A stretch of DNA of 64,000 nt from Candidatus Latescibacterota bacterium (GTDB lineage Bacteria; Latescibacterota; UBA2968; UBA8231). Below are positions 55,865-64,000 of the stretch, one piece after another. The number at the start of each line of letters is the position of its first letter. The stretch's first letter is position 1. The notes under the pieces were generated by a model. That model was not told where the DNA came from, did not search any database, and was given only the letters and a program-made list of their open reading frames with translations. The DNA lies in the NCBI GenBank assembly GCA_965219385.1, contig CBDCNM010000002.1, positions 3,048,305 through 3,112,304 of the forward strand, read 5' to 3'. The position numbers and the translations under genes were made by a program.

Positions 55865-55961
55865 AATCCTCAGCCAGAAGGGCATCCGCCCCTACTACAG
55901 CACCTGGCTACGGTATTGATATCAACCATGCTTGAGCATCCGGGCATACAGCGCCAGTTCC

Positions 55962-56861
55962 TCAGCTCCCCTCGCCCTCCTTTGGCCAGGGCCGTCCCTC
56001 TTCCGCTGCATCGATCATGCCCTGTATCATCTTGGCGACGAAGCCGGTGTGAAAGGTGAGCAGGGCCTCCCCCTTTTCCACCGTGGCCAGCAGGGCGTTT
56101 TCCTGGCGGGCCCGGTCCCGGGGATTCTCCGGATTGGGACCGCCCTCCGGCCACCCGGTCTCCGAAAAAGGCTTCAGGTATTCCCTGACCCTGGGGGACA
56201 GATCACGGGCGTAGTCCAGCCCGGCCTGGTCGTACTCTTCCATGGTAAAGGCGCGCACCCGCTGGGGCGAAACCGCCAGCATCAACGAGGTTTCCTCCTC
56301 CGAGGCGTGGTTCAAGGCCGTCTGCCGCGCTATGGTATCCAGCTTGCCGTCGCGCAGATCGCGGTAGCCCTGGAGGATAGCGCAGCGCTGCTCGTCGGTC
56401 ATGCCCGTCCAGTAGGAAACCTCGTCCAGGACCAGCCCCAACTCCTGGCGCCAGGCCGGCAATTCATCCTTCAACAACCCGTGATTGCCGCCGTGGCCAT
56501 TGACCACCAGGACGGCGGAAAAGCCGTGCGTCTTCAGGCTTCCTATCACATCGTACAGAAAGGCCTTAAAGGTTTCTTTGCGCAGAGTCAAGGTGCCCTT
56601 GCGCGCCATGTGGTAGGGGGAATAACCTACCGGGCTGGACGGCGCCACCGTGACCTGGGGGTAGAGCCGCAGGGCGACCTGCTGGCAAACGGCGGTGGAC
56701 AGGACAATATCCAGATTCAGACTCAGGTGTTCGTTGTGCTGCTCGATGGCGCCGATCGGCACCAGGGCGGCCTTGAGCTGGCCGCTGGCCAGTGCCTGGC
56801 GGATTTCCTTGCGGGTGCATTCTCCCAGCATCACCCTGTCGGGATGGACGTATTGATTCAT
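55962..56861 (-). CDS. Creatininase family protein
   Basis: GAIEQH, NGHGGN, HASEEETS. Confidence 0.88.
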   Translation of the reverse strand: MNQYVHPDRVMLGECTRKEIRQALASGQLKAALVPIGAIEQHNEHLSLNLDIVLSTAVCQQVALRLYPQVTVAPSSPVGYSPYHMARKGTLTLRKETFKAFLYDVIGSLKTHGFSAVLVVNGHGGNHGLLKDELPAWRQELGLVLDEVSYWTGMTDEQRCAILQGYRDLRDGKLDTIARQTALNHASEEETSLMLAVSPQRVRAFTMEEYDQAGLDYARDLSPRVREYLKPFSETGWPEGGPNPENPRDRARQENALLATVEKGEALLTFHTGFVAKMIQGMIDAAEEGRPWPKEGEGS

Positions 56862-56880
56862 TTCTCCTCTTTTCTCATTT

Positions 56881-57693
56881 TTATTTTTCCCACCACAGTT
56901 GCCGGGCCGTGCCGCCCAGAATTTGGTCCTTGTCTTCTGCGGACAACCACGGCAGTTCGCGGCGCACGAAGTTGAGGCAGCGCATATAACCACCCCCGAA
57001 CAGGATGTGGGGCCAGTCGGAACCCCACAGGGTGCGTTCGGGACCAAAGGCATCCAGCGCGGCTCTCAAGTTTTCCTGGGCCGCCGGGTAGGGATAAAAA
57101 CCTTCCCCCCAGTAGTGCAGCCCCGACAGCTTGATGTACACCCTGGGGAATTCGGCCAGGCTGAGAAAAACCCTGAACGCCTCGCCGTCCACGCCCTCGC
57201 TGGCCGGGATCATGGCGAAGTGATCGATGACCACCCGCGCGTCCGGACAGCGCTCGATCATGTGTCGTGCCAGGCCGGTCTGGCCGGGTTCCATGAGCAG
57301 GCAGATCGGCGCCTTCAGGGCCGCTGCCCGGCGCCACAACGGCTCGGTGTCCGGCCGACAGAACCACTCCGTCTCGAGAGTCCCCCGCACCCGCACCCCC
57401 CGGATTCCATCCTCTTCAACCAGCTTTTCCAGGGCGTCCGCCCCGGCTTGCCCGCGCGGGTCCACCACCCCTACGCCGGCAAATTTATCCGGATGCTGCG
57501 CCAGGGTGTCGGCCAGGATCCGGTTGTCGTACTGGTAGTACATGGGCAGGACGATGACGGCGTGATCCACTCCTGCCTCGTCCATGTACTCCAACAGCAA
57601 CTCGGTGGACCCGGGATAGGGCACTTCCGCGCGCGGGTAGCGCGCCTGATCGTCGGACCAGATGTGGAGATGGCTATCGATAATAGGTGACAT
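56881..57693 (-). CDS. Amidohydrolase family protein
   Basis: DSHLH, IDH, KLSG, WGSDWP. Confidence 0.9.
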   Translation of the reverse strand: MSPIIDSHLHIWSDDQARYPRAEVPYPGSTELLLEYMDEAGVDHAVIVLPMYYQYDNRILADTLAQHPDKFAGVGVVDPRGQAGADALEKLVEEDGIRGVRVRGTLETEWFCRPDTEPLWRRAAALKAPICLLMEPGQTGLARHMIERCPDARVVIDHFAMIPASEGVDGEAFRVFLSLAEFPRVYIKLSGLHYWGEGFYPYPAAQENLRAALDAFGPERTLWGSDWPHILFGGGYMRCLNFVRRELPWLSAEDKDQILGGTARQLWWEK

Positions 57694-57892
57694 GGGGTAT
57701 AGCTCCTGAAGCCGCGTTGATTCAAACCGCTCGAGCTTGTGTCGCCCCCTGAATCTATTACATCGCCAAGGCGCCATCAAGAATGCCCTCGGGGCTTGAA
57801 AAAACTTGACCTAGCCGACAATGTCAACCTACATTGAGGGTTGCTGTTTTGCTTTTGGGCCGGAATCACCAAAACCATGCGGAGGTGCCTTC

Positions 57893-59287
57893 ATGACAGG
57901 CGAATATTCGTCCCCGAGGACGAGGCGAGACTTCCTGAAAAAGACCGGTGCATTGGCCGCGCTGGGCATCACTACGTCGCTGACGCCCGACTTGCTTTTC
58001 GGGGCGGCCAAGAGCGATCTTAAAGGCGTCACCATCGATTACTGGAACATGATCGGCGTCCAGAACAAGCTGGTGCGCCAGCTGAGCACGGACATCATCA
58101 AGGCCTTCGAACAAAGAACCGGCGCCGGGGTCAATGTATCCTGGAACAGCTACGGTGACATCATCGGTCCGAAGTACCGGACCAATCTGAAAGGAGGCAT
58201 CAAGCCGACCATTTTCGATGCTTGTGCAAGGTGGACGGGACAGTTGCGCCAATTCCTGCGGCCCATGAATGACTTTATCCAGAACAATCTGGACGCGACC
58301 ACCCGCGCCGCGATCGAATGGACCTTCCCGATCATCGAGCAGCAGAACAGCGGCTTCGCCGATGCCGATAGCATCATGGATCTGCCGTTCGGCCTGATTG
58401 CCCAGGCCCCGGCGGTGGTGCGCCGGGATCACTTTGAGAAGGCCGGTATCGACTTCGATGAGAACTTCCCGATTCGGGATACCGACCACTACATCCAGCT
58501 CTGCCTGGAACTCCAGGGAGCGGGCATAAAATATCCCACCGAAGTCTACGGCAAGATATGGGATTTCGCCGACACCCAGTTGAACGGATGGATTCGCTCC
58601 ATCGATGCCAGCACCGACGATTTTCTCGATTCCACCTGGTCGCACTCGACGGCGACTTCGGAGGCCTGGATCCAGGGCGTGCAGTTCTACGTCGATGTTT
58701 TCAGAAAGCACAAGCTGAGTTCCCCCAAGACAGTGCAAAGCTCCGATGAAGCCTCCCTCGAAGAGTTGATCAAGGGCCGGAAGAGCATACTCCACGCGGA
58801 CCTGCTCAACCGCGGGACCCTGCTCGCCAGGCTGCCCGACCAGATGAAGGACGGCACCATCCAGTGGTCGCCGCAGTTTCCCATGACCGGCGGCACCTCG
58901 GGGTCCCATGCCTGTCTGTCCTGGTTTCCCATGTGCATCGTCAAGCAGGAGGGACCGGATGCGGCCATCAAGGAAGAGGCGGCCTTCGAATTCATCAAGG
59001 AGTGGCTGTTGCCGGAAAACCAGATCGCCTATGCCAAGGTGTCTGGTTTTGGTGCCCGCAAGGATACCTGGGATGCGTTGATGGGGGCTCCGGACGGCTA
59101 TGGGGAGGCGATGATCGCCATGCTGAACACGCCGACGCCGCCCGGAGCCTGGGCCAACCACCCCAGGTCGGTCGATTTTCAATACAATCTACTGGCGCCC
59201 CATGGACAGAAGATGCTCCAGGGCGCTCCGGTGGAGACCGAACTCAAGGCCTACGCCGCCGAGGTCGACGAAGTTCTGCAAGGGTAA
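57893..59287 (+). CDS. Extracellular solute-binding protein, Tat signal
   Basis: TRRDFLK; heads the ABC operon. Confidence 0.85.
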   Translation: MTGEYSSPRTRRDFLKKTGALAALGITTSLTPDLLFGAAKSDLKGVTIDYWNMIGVQNKLVRQLSTDIIKAFEQRTGAGVNVSWNSYGDIIGPKYRTNLKGGIKPTIFDACARWTGQLRQFLRPMNDFIQNNLDATTRAAIEWTFPIIEQQNSGFADADSIMDLPFGLIAQAPAVVRRDHFEKAGIDFDENFPIRDTDHYIQLCLELQGAGIKYPTEVYGKIWDFADTQLNGWIRSIDASTDDFLDSTWSHSTATSEAWIQGVQFYVDVFRKHKLSSPKTVQSSDEASLEELIKGRKSILHADLLNRGTLLARLPDQMKDGTIQWSPQFPMTGGTSGSHACLSWFPMCIVKQEGPDAAIKEEAAFEFIKEWLLPENQIAYAKVSGFGARKDTWDALMGAPDGYGEAMIAMLNTPTPPGAWANHPRSVDFQYNLLAPHGQKMLQGAPVETELKAYAAEVDEVLQG

Positions 59288-59300
59288 GGAGAAATCCATC

Positions 59301-60185
59301 GTGTCGGATCCACAGGAACGGAAGCTGGTTGTCCTCTTCCTCCTGCCCACCAGTCTGTTCATGATTTTCCTGCTGTGGCTACCCTTCGTGCAGGGCATCT
59401 GGATGAGCTTTCACATGTGGCCGTTTATGGGCGAACCTCAATGGCGAGGACTCGGCAATTATGCGAAGTTCCTGACGGCGGACTACTTCTGGGATTCCAT
59501 CAAGGCCACCGCCATTTACTGTCTTTCCACGCTCTTCCAGTTGCTCATCGCCCTGGCGGCGGCACTGGTCGTGAACCAGCCGTTTATTCCGTTCAAGTCG
59601 CTGTGGCGCGGCGTGATGATCACGTCCTACACCATGCCGCCCGTGGTGGTCGGAGCCATCTGGCTGTTCCTCCTCGACCCGGGGCTGGGCATGGTGCCGC
59701 ATTATTTGATGGAATTCGGCATCATGGACGAGCCGATCTACTGGTTTTCCGACGGGGCCTGGGCCCGCTGGCTAATTACCTTGGTCGCGGCGTGGACCTT
59801 CTGGCCCTTCATGTTCCTGATCATCCTGTCCTCGCTGCAGTCAATCCCCCGCGAATACTACGAAGTGGCGGAGATTTATGGCGCCAATGCCTTGCAGCGC
59901 TTCATGGTCGTCACCTTGCCCAGGATCAAGACGGCCATCCTGATCGTGGTCATCCTCAGGCTGGCATTCAACCTGGCCAAGATCGAGCAGCCCTTCACCC
60001 TGACGGGGGGCGGTCCGGGATACGATACCAGCGTCCTGAGCATCCTGATGTACCGGTTTGCGTTCATGTCCGGCGATTTCGGCATGGCCTTCACCGTGGG
60101 GCTGTTCCTGGTGGCCTTCACCGCGCTCTTGCTGTTGCCCTTCGGCTGGCTCTACCAGCGCGGTCAGCGCCGGCACTCCCTGTAG
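59301..60185 (+). CDS. Carbohydrate ABC transporter permease (MalF-like)
   Basis: GLGNY, YEVAEIYGA, LTGGGPG; GTG start after AAGGAG. Confidence 0.9.
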   Translation: MSDPQERKLVVLFLLPTSLFMIFLLWLPFVQGIWMSFHMWPFMGEPQWRGLGNYAKFLTADYFWDSIKATAIYCLSTLFQLLIALAAALVVNQPFIPFKSLWRGVMITSYTMPPVVVGAIWLFLLDPGLGMVPHYLMEFGIMDEPIYWFSDGAWARWLITLVAAWTFWPFMFLIILSSLQSIPREYYEVAEIYGANALQRFMVVTLPRIKTAILIVVILRLAFNLAKIEQPFTLTGGGPGYDTSVLSILMYRFAFMSGDFGMAFTVGLFLVAFTALLLLPFGWLYQRGQRRHSL

Positions 60186-60201
60186 ACCGAGGAGGGCAAT
60201 C

Positions 60202-61035
60202 ATGGCGGAAAATCACACTCGTATCGGCCTGCCCTGGAAGGCAATCTCCTTTGCGATCCTGGGGCTGGTGCTGGCCCTGATCCTGATTCCCTATGCCTAC
60301 ATCATCGCGACCGCCTTCAAAGAGCCCGGCGAAGTGTTCGAAGTCCGCTGGATGCCCGAGAAAATCAGCCTGCAGGCATGGACGGATGTCTTCGCGATCT
60401 TTGAATTCCACAAGTTTTTGTTGAACAGTCTGACCGCCGGACTGGGGTCTGCCGCACTGGCGGTTTTTATCTCCCTGCCAGGGGCCTACATCTTTGCCAG
60501 GAAGAAGTTCAGGTTGCGCGAGACGTTCTTCTACATGATCGTCGGCACCCTGGTCTTTCCGTTCATCCTGTTGATCGTGCCGATCACCATCATCTGGATA
60601 AAGATAGGGCTCTTCAATACCTTCGTCGGGCTGTGGCTGGCTTTCCAGATCTTTGCGGTGCCGTACTGCGTCTGGATCCTGCGCGGCTTTTTCGCCCAGT
60701 TGCCCCCCCACCTCGAGGAAGCGGCGATGGTCTACGGCTGCACCCAGTTCCAGGCGTTCTACAAGGTGATGATTCCGCTCGCCAAACCGGTTGTCATTTC
60801 GGTCCTGTTTTTGTCTTTTCTCTACGGTTGGAGCGATTTTCTTTTTTCCAATATGCTCACCACCGGGGGGGGACCACAGACGGCATCGGTGGCCATTTAC
60901 ACGGCCACGGCGGGCGGCGAAAGGATCGAGTGGGAAATGCTTGCCGTGATGACCCTGATAGCGGGCATACCGCCGGTTGTGGTTTATATGCTGGCGCAAA
61001 AATACCTGTCGCAGACCTTTGCGACGACGGTCTAG
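60202..61035 (+). CDS. Carbohydrate ABC transporter permease (MalG-like)
   Basis: LEEAAMVYG EAA loop. Confidence 0.9.
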   Translation: MAENHTRIGLPWKAISFAILGLVLALILIPYAYIIATAFKEPGEVFEVRWMPEKISLQAWTDVFAIFEFHKFLLNSLTAGLGSAALAVFISLPGAYIFARKKFRLRETFFYMIVGTLVFPFILLIVPITIIWIKIGLFNTFVGLWLAFQIFAVPYCVWILRGFFAQLPPHLEEAAMVYGCTQFQAFYKVMIPLAKPVVISVLFLSFLYGWSDFLFSNMLTTGGGPQTASVAIYTATAGGERIEWEMLAVMTLIAGIPPVVVYMLAQKYLSQTFATTV

Positions 61036-61050
61036 GAAATCTGGAAGCCA

Positions 61051-62163
61051 ATGGAAAAAGAACAGGAGGGGCAATCCCATTCCGGGATTCGGGTCAACGC
61101 CCTGCGCAAGACCTTTCAGCCGGCAGGGGTCGTTGCCTGCAACGACGTGGACCTGGACATACCAAACGGCGAGTTGCTGGTACTGCTGGGTCCCTCCGGC
61201 TGTGGCAAGACCACCACGCTGCGCTGCATCGCCGGCCTCGAAACCCCCGACAACCAGGACGCCATTATCGTCCGCGGGCGCAACCTGACGGACGTGGCGC
61301 CCAAAGACCGCAACCTGGCCTTTGTTTTTCAGACCACGGCGCTGTTTCCCCACCTCAATGTCCGCCGCAATATTTCGTTCGGACTGGACATGAAAAAGAC
61401 CCTGGGGCGCGAGGAGATCGCCCGGCGCGTCGACCGGGCGGCCGGCCTCCTGAAAATCGACTCCCTCCTGGAGCGCTATCCCCGCGAACTGTCCGGGGGA
61501 CAGGGGCAGCGGGTCGCCTTGGGCCGCGCCATGGTCATGGAACCCGACGCCTTCCTGCTGGACGAACCCTTCGCCTCGCTGGATGCCAAGCTGCGGGTCG
61601 AGATGCGCACCGAGATCAAGCTGATCCAGCGGCAGCTCGATACCACCATGATCTTCGTCACCCACGATCAGGAGGAAGCCCTGACGATTGGTGACAAGAT
61701 CGCCGTAATGGACGAGGGCGTGGTCCAGCAGGTCGATACCCCGCACGACATCTACCACCGGCCGGCCAACCTCTTCGTCGGCACCTTCATCGGCTCGCCG
61801 CCCATCAATCAGTTCTCGTGCCGCCTCGAGGAGCGCGGGGGGGATGTTCGCCTGATTTCATCGCTGTTCGACATCGCGGCGGCAGCCGAGTACAACCAGG
61901 CATTGCGCCAGAGCGGCGGCGCCGTAACCCTGGGCCTGCGCCCTGAGTTCATCGGGATCGGTGCAGGGCCCGGGGACATCGCCGGCACGGTGAAACTCAT
62001 CGAGTTGATGGGAAGTCGCTCATTGGTCCTGGTCGACTGCGGCGGCCAGGAGGTCCGGGTTCTGGTACAGGGCGAAAACAACGTCCGCGAGGGCGAGGAC
62101 GTGCAGCTTTCCCTGGATCTTGCCCATGGTTTTTTCTTTGGCCCGGACGGCAGCAGCTTGTGA
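61051..62163 (+). CDS. MalK-type ABC ATP-binding protein
   Basis: GPSGCGKTT, LSGGQ, LLDEP, VTHDQ, FIGSP. Confidence 0.95.
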   Translation: MEKEQEGQSHSGIRVNALRKTFQPAGVVACNDVDLDIPNGELLVLLGPSGCGKTTTLRCIAGLETPDNQDAIIVRGRNLTDVAPKDRNLAFVFQTTALFPHLNVRRNISFGLDMKKTLGREEIARRVDRAAGLLKIDSLLERYPRELSGGQGQRVALGRAMVMEPDAFLLDEPFASLDAKLRVEMRTEIKLIQRQLDTTMIFVTHDQEEALTIGDKIAVMDEGVVQQVDTPHDIYHRPANLFVGTFIGSPPINQFSCRLEERGGDVRLISSLFDIAAAAEYNQALRQSGGAVTLGLRPEFIGIGAGPGDIAGTVKLIELMGSRSLVLVDCGGQEVRVLVQGENNVREGEDVQLSLDLAHGFFFGPDGSSL

Positions 62164-62170
62164 GGCTTTT

Positions 62171-62971
62171 TTATTTTTTGGCGATCTCGCGGGTGGCCTG
62201 GAGGGCCTGGCCGTAACCGTTTCTGACGGCGGTGAGGTCGTGGCAGCAGTTGAACCAGCGGGTTCCTTTCTCAAAGACCTTGCGCATAGGCTCGCCCGGA
62301 TCAACCGCCGTGCCCATGGCCTTGCCGTGGGTCCGGCAGGCCCGGCCGACTCTGTCGAACGCCGCCAGCACCTTCTCGTGGGTGCTGGCGGCCCCCGGTT
62401 CCCGTTCCACCCCATAACTGTGGGTCAAATCCCCGGGGCCCACGAACAACAAATCAATCCCTTCCACCGCGGCGATGGCATCGGCCTCCTCCACTGCTTC
62501 CGCGTCTTCGATCATCACGCCCAGCAAGGTGTGCTGGTTGGCCTGGGCCAGGAACTCATCCAGGTCGAGGGTGCCGAAATGCGAATCCCTGCCCCCGCCC
62601 ATACCGCGCAAGCCGAGGGGTTGAAACTTGGCCATCCTGACGAACGCCCGCGCTTCTTCGGCGCTTTTGCAGTGCGGCCATATCAGGCCTCCGGCTCCCA
62701 GCTCCAGGGTCTTGATTATCTGGTTGTAGGGGCCGTGGGGAAGGCGCACGATTACATCCAGGTCGACGGTGCGCGCGGCCAGGATCATGTTGGATAGGCC
62801 ATCCAGATCGAGGTGGGTGTGCTCCATGTCGATCCACACGCAGGTGTAGCCTGCCTGAGCGATCAATTCGACGACGATTGGACTGAATACTCGATTGATT
62901 TCCGGGACGATGATTACCTCGCCGCTGAGAGCAGCGGCTTTGGTTTTATTGGGTCTGTATTGCTTTGCCAT
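62171..62971 (-). CDS. HpcH/HpaI aldolase family protein
   Basis: WIDMEH, VR, MIE, FVGPGDL. Confidence 0.92.
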   Translation of the reverse strand: MAKQYRPNKTKAAALSGEVIIVPEINRVFSPIVVELIAQAGYTCVWIDMEHTHLDLDGLSNMILAARTVDLDVIVRLPHGPYNQIIKTLELGAGGLIWPHCKSAEEARAFVRMAKFQPLGLRGMGGGRDSHFGTLDLDEFLAQANQHTLLGVMIEDAEAVEEADAIAAVEGIDLLFVGPGDLTHSYGVEREPGAASTHEKVLAAFDRVGRACRTHGKAMGTAVDPGEPMRKVFEKGTRWFNCCHDLTAVRNGYGQALQATREIAKK

Positions 62972-62987
62972 ATGGATTCCTCGGTAG

Positions 62988-64000
62988 CTAGGACACCGCC
63001 GCTTCCACCCCCTGGAACCTGGGCAAGACCTCTTTGCCGAACCACGCGAGATCCTGCTTGAGTACGCTGGGAGGGATGGCCAGGGCGCCGGCCCCTACGG
63101 TCACCCTCTCCAGCCCGGGCAGACTCTCCTGGAGCTCGGAAAGCCTTGCGAAAACGTGTTCCGGCGGTCCGCAGATCCAGGCGCCGTCGCGCACCAGGTC
63201 GCGCGCCGTCGGCAGCCCGGCCAGGGGCGCTTTTTCCGCATCGAAGGTGGCCTGAATCTGCTCCTCGGTAAGCTGGGGCATCCGGCCCAGGGGCGCCAGC
63301 ACCTTGAGCTGCTCCTCGAACCACACGGACGCCTCCTGAATGGCCTTTTCCTGAGTGTCGGCCAGGTGTATCTGCAAAACCACGGCCAGGTCCTCTCCCA
63401 GTTCGGTGTCGCGCCCCGAGCCCGTCAGGGCTTCCCTCCACCTGGTGGCGATCTCGACCACCCGCCCGCCTCCGGGGACGACGCCCTTGACGCCGTGTTT
63501 GACCATGAAGTCCATGCCGCGCGGACTGACGCTGAAGATGGGCTGCCAGCACTCCATGGGCCGCTGGCGGGGACGCGGCACTAGGGTGATATCCTCCAGC
63601 TCCTGCCCGCGGTTCAAGATCCTGGCCGGGAGATCGTAATGCTTGCCGCGATGCGCGAAAGACTGCTGGTTCCAGGCCTTGAAAATGATCTCGACCTGCT
63701 CCTCGAACAGGTCGCGGTTGGCCTGGTCGTCCTCCAGCGGCGAGCCCAGGGTTTCTACTTCCCGGGGTATGTAACCACGGCCGATGCCGAACCTGACGCG
63801 GCCCTGGGTAAGCACATCCGCCATGGCATAATCTTCGGCCAGGCGCAGAGGATGCCAGGCCGGCACGGTATTGAACATGCTCCCGAAGTTGAGCTGCCTG
63901 GTGACCTGCGCCAGGTGGACGCTCAACATGGGTATGTTGGGGATGCCGCCGTAGCCCTCGCGCTGAAAGTGGTGCTCGGCGAACCACAGGGTATCGTAGC
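62988..64000 (-). CDS. LLM-class flavin-dependent oxidoreductase (5' partial)
   Basis: WFAEHHF, HPLRLAEDYA, GIGRG; frame open to the window edge. Confidence 0.92.
   Translation of the reverse strand, partial: YDTLWFAEHHFQREGYGGIPNIPMLSVHLAQVTRQLNFGSMFNTVPAWHPLRLAEDYAMADVLTQGRVRFGIGRGYIPREVETLGSPLEDDQANRDLFEEQVEIIFKAWNQQSFAHRGKHYDLPARILNRGQELEDITLVPRPRQRPMECWQPIFSVSPRGMDFMVKHGVKGVVPGGGRVVEIATRWREALTGSGRDTELGEDLAVVLQIHLADTQEKAIQEASVWFEEQLKVLAPLGRMPQLTEEQIQATFDAEKAPLAGLPTARDLVRDGAWICGPPEHVFARLSELQESLPGLERVTVGAGALAIPPSVLKQDLAWFGKEVLPRFQGVEAAVS

Noticed and set aside
1..64000. rRNA, tRNA, integrase, prophage or known riboswitch
   Set aside because: No recognisable signatures by eye; a covariance-model scan would be needed to exclude small RNAs

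Overview
GC-rich bacterial chromosomal window. The gene content (many PhyH, Gfo/Idh/MocA, LLM and Tat-exported sugar ABC systems) suggests a heterotroph of the Latescibacterota/FCB-like type, which is an inference only. 1-23 kb holds a xanthine-dehydrogenase-family M-S-L operon plus MoaD/ThiS, a sigma54-type promoter ahead of a sigma70 paralog and a stand-alone sigma-region-4-like ORF, dut, a decaying polysaccharide locus (wzz/wza intact, ugd and rfbB broken), tatD, argC with tandem ARG-box-like sites, murD, a flippase, cysH, and two Cys-cluster ABC exporters with a DUF1854-like gene. About 24-39 kb is a mosaic, partly lower-GC island. It contains IS701, IS5, IS3 and IS1 elements or remnants, a three-block colinear duplication, duplicated sigma54 promoters, two DUF4097-like genes, and remnants of a possible peptide-modification/export system (DUF1611/TIGR04066-like fragment, acyl carrier protein, MacB-type permease, broken NtrC-type regulator). 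39-45 kb holds a phosphodiesterase, a toxin-antitoxin pair with a nonsense toxin, prs and metG remnants, a GH-like lipoprotein and a methyltransferase. 45-64 kb is a large catabolic cluster with two sugar-type ABC importers and three PhyH-family proteins. A three-copy MITE family (CAGTACT ends; 5-bp target duplications on two copies) is dispersed through the window. No rRNA, tRNA or CRISPR array was seen. All product calls come from motif recognition by eye, not from database searches.
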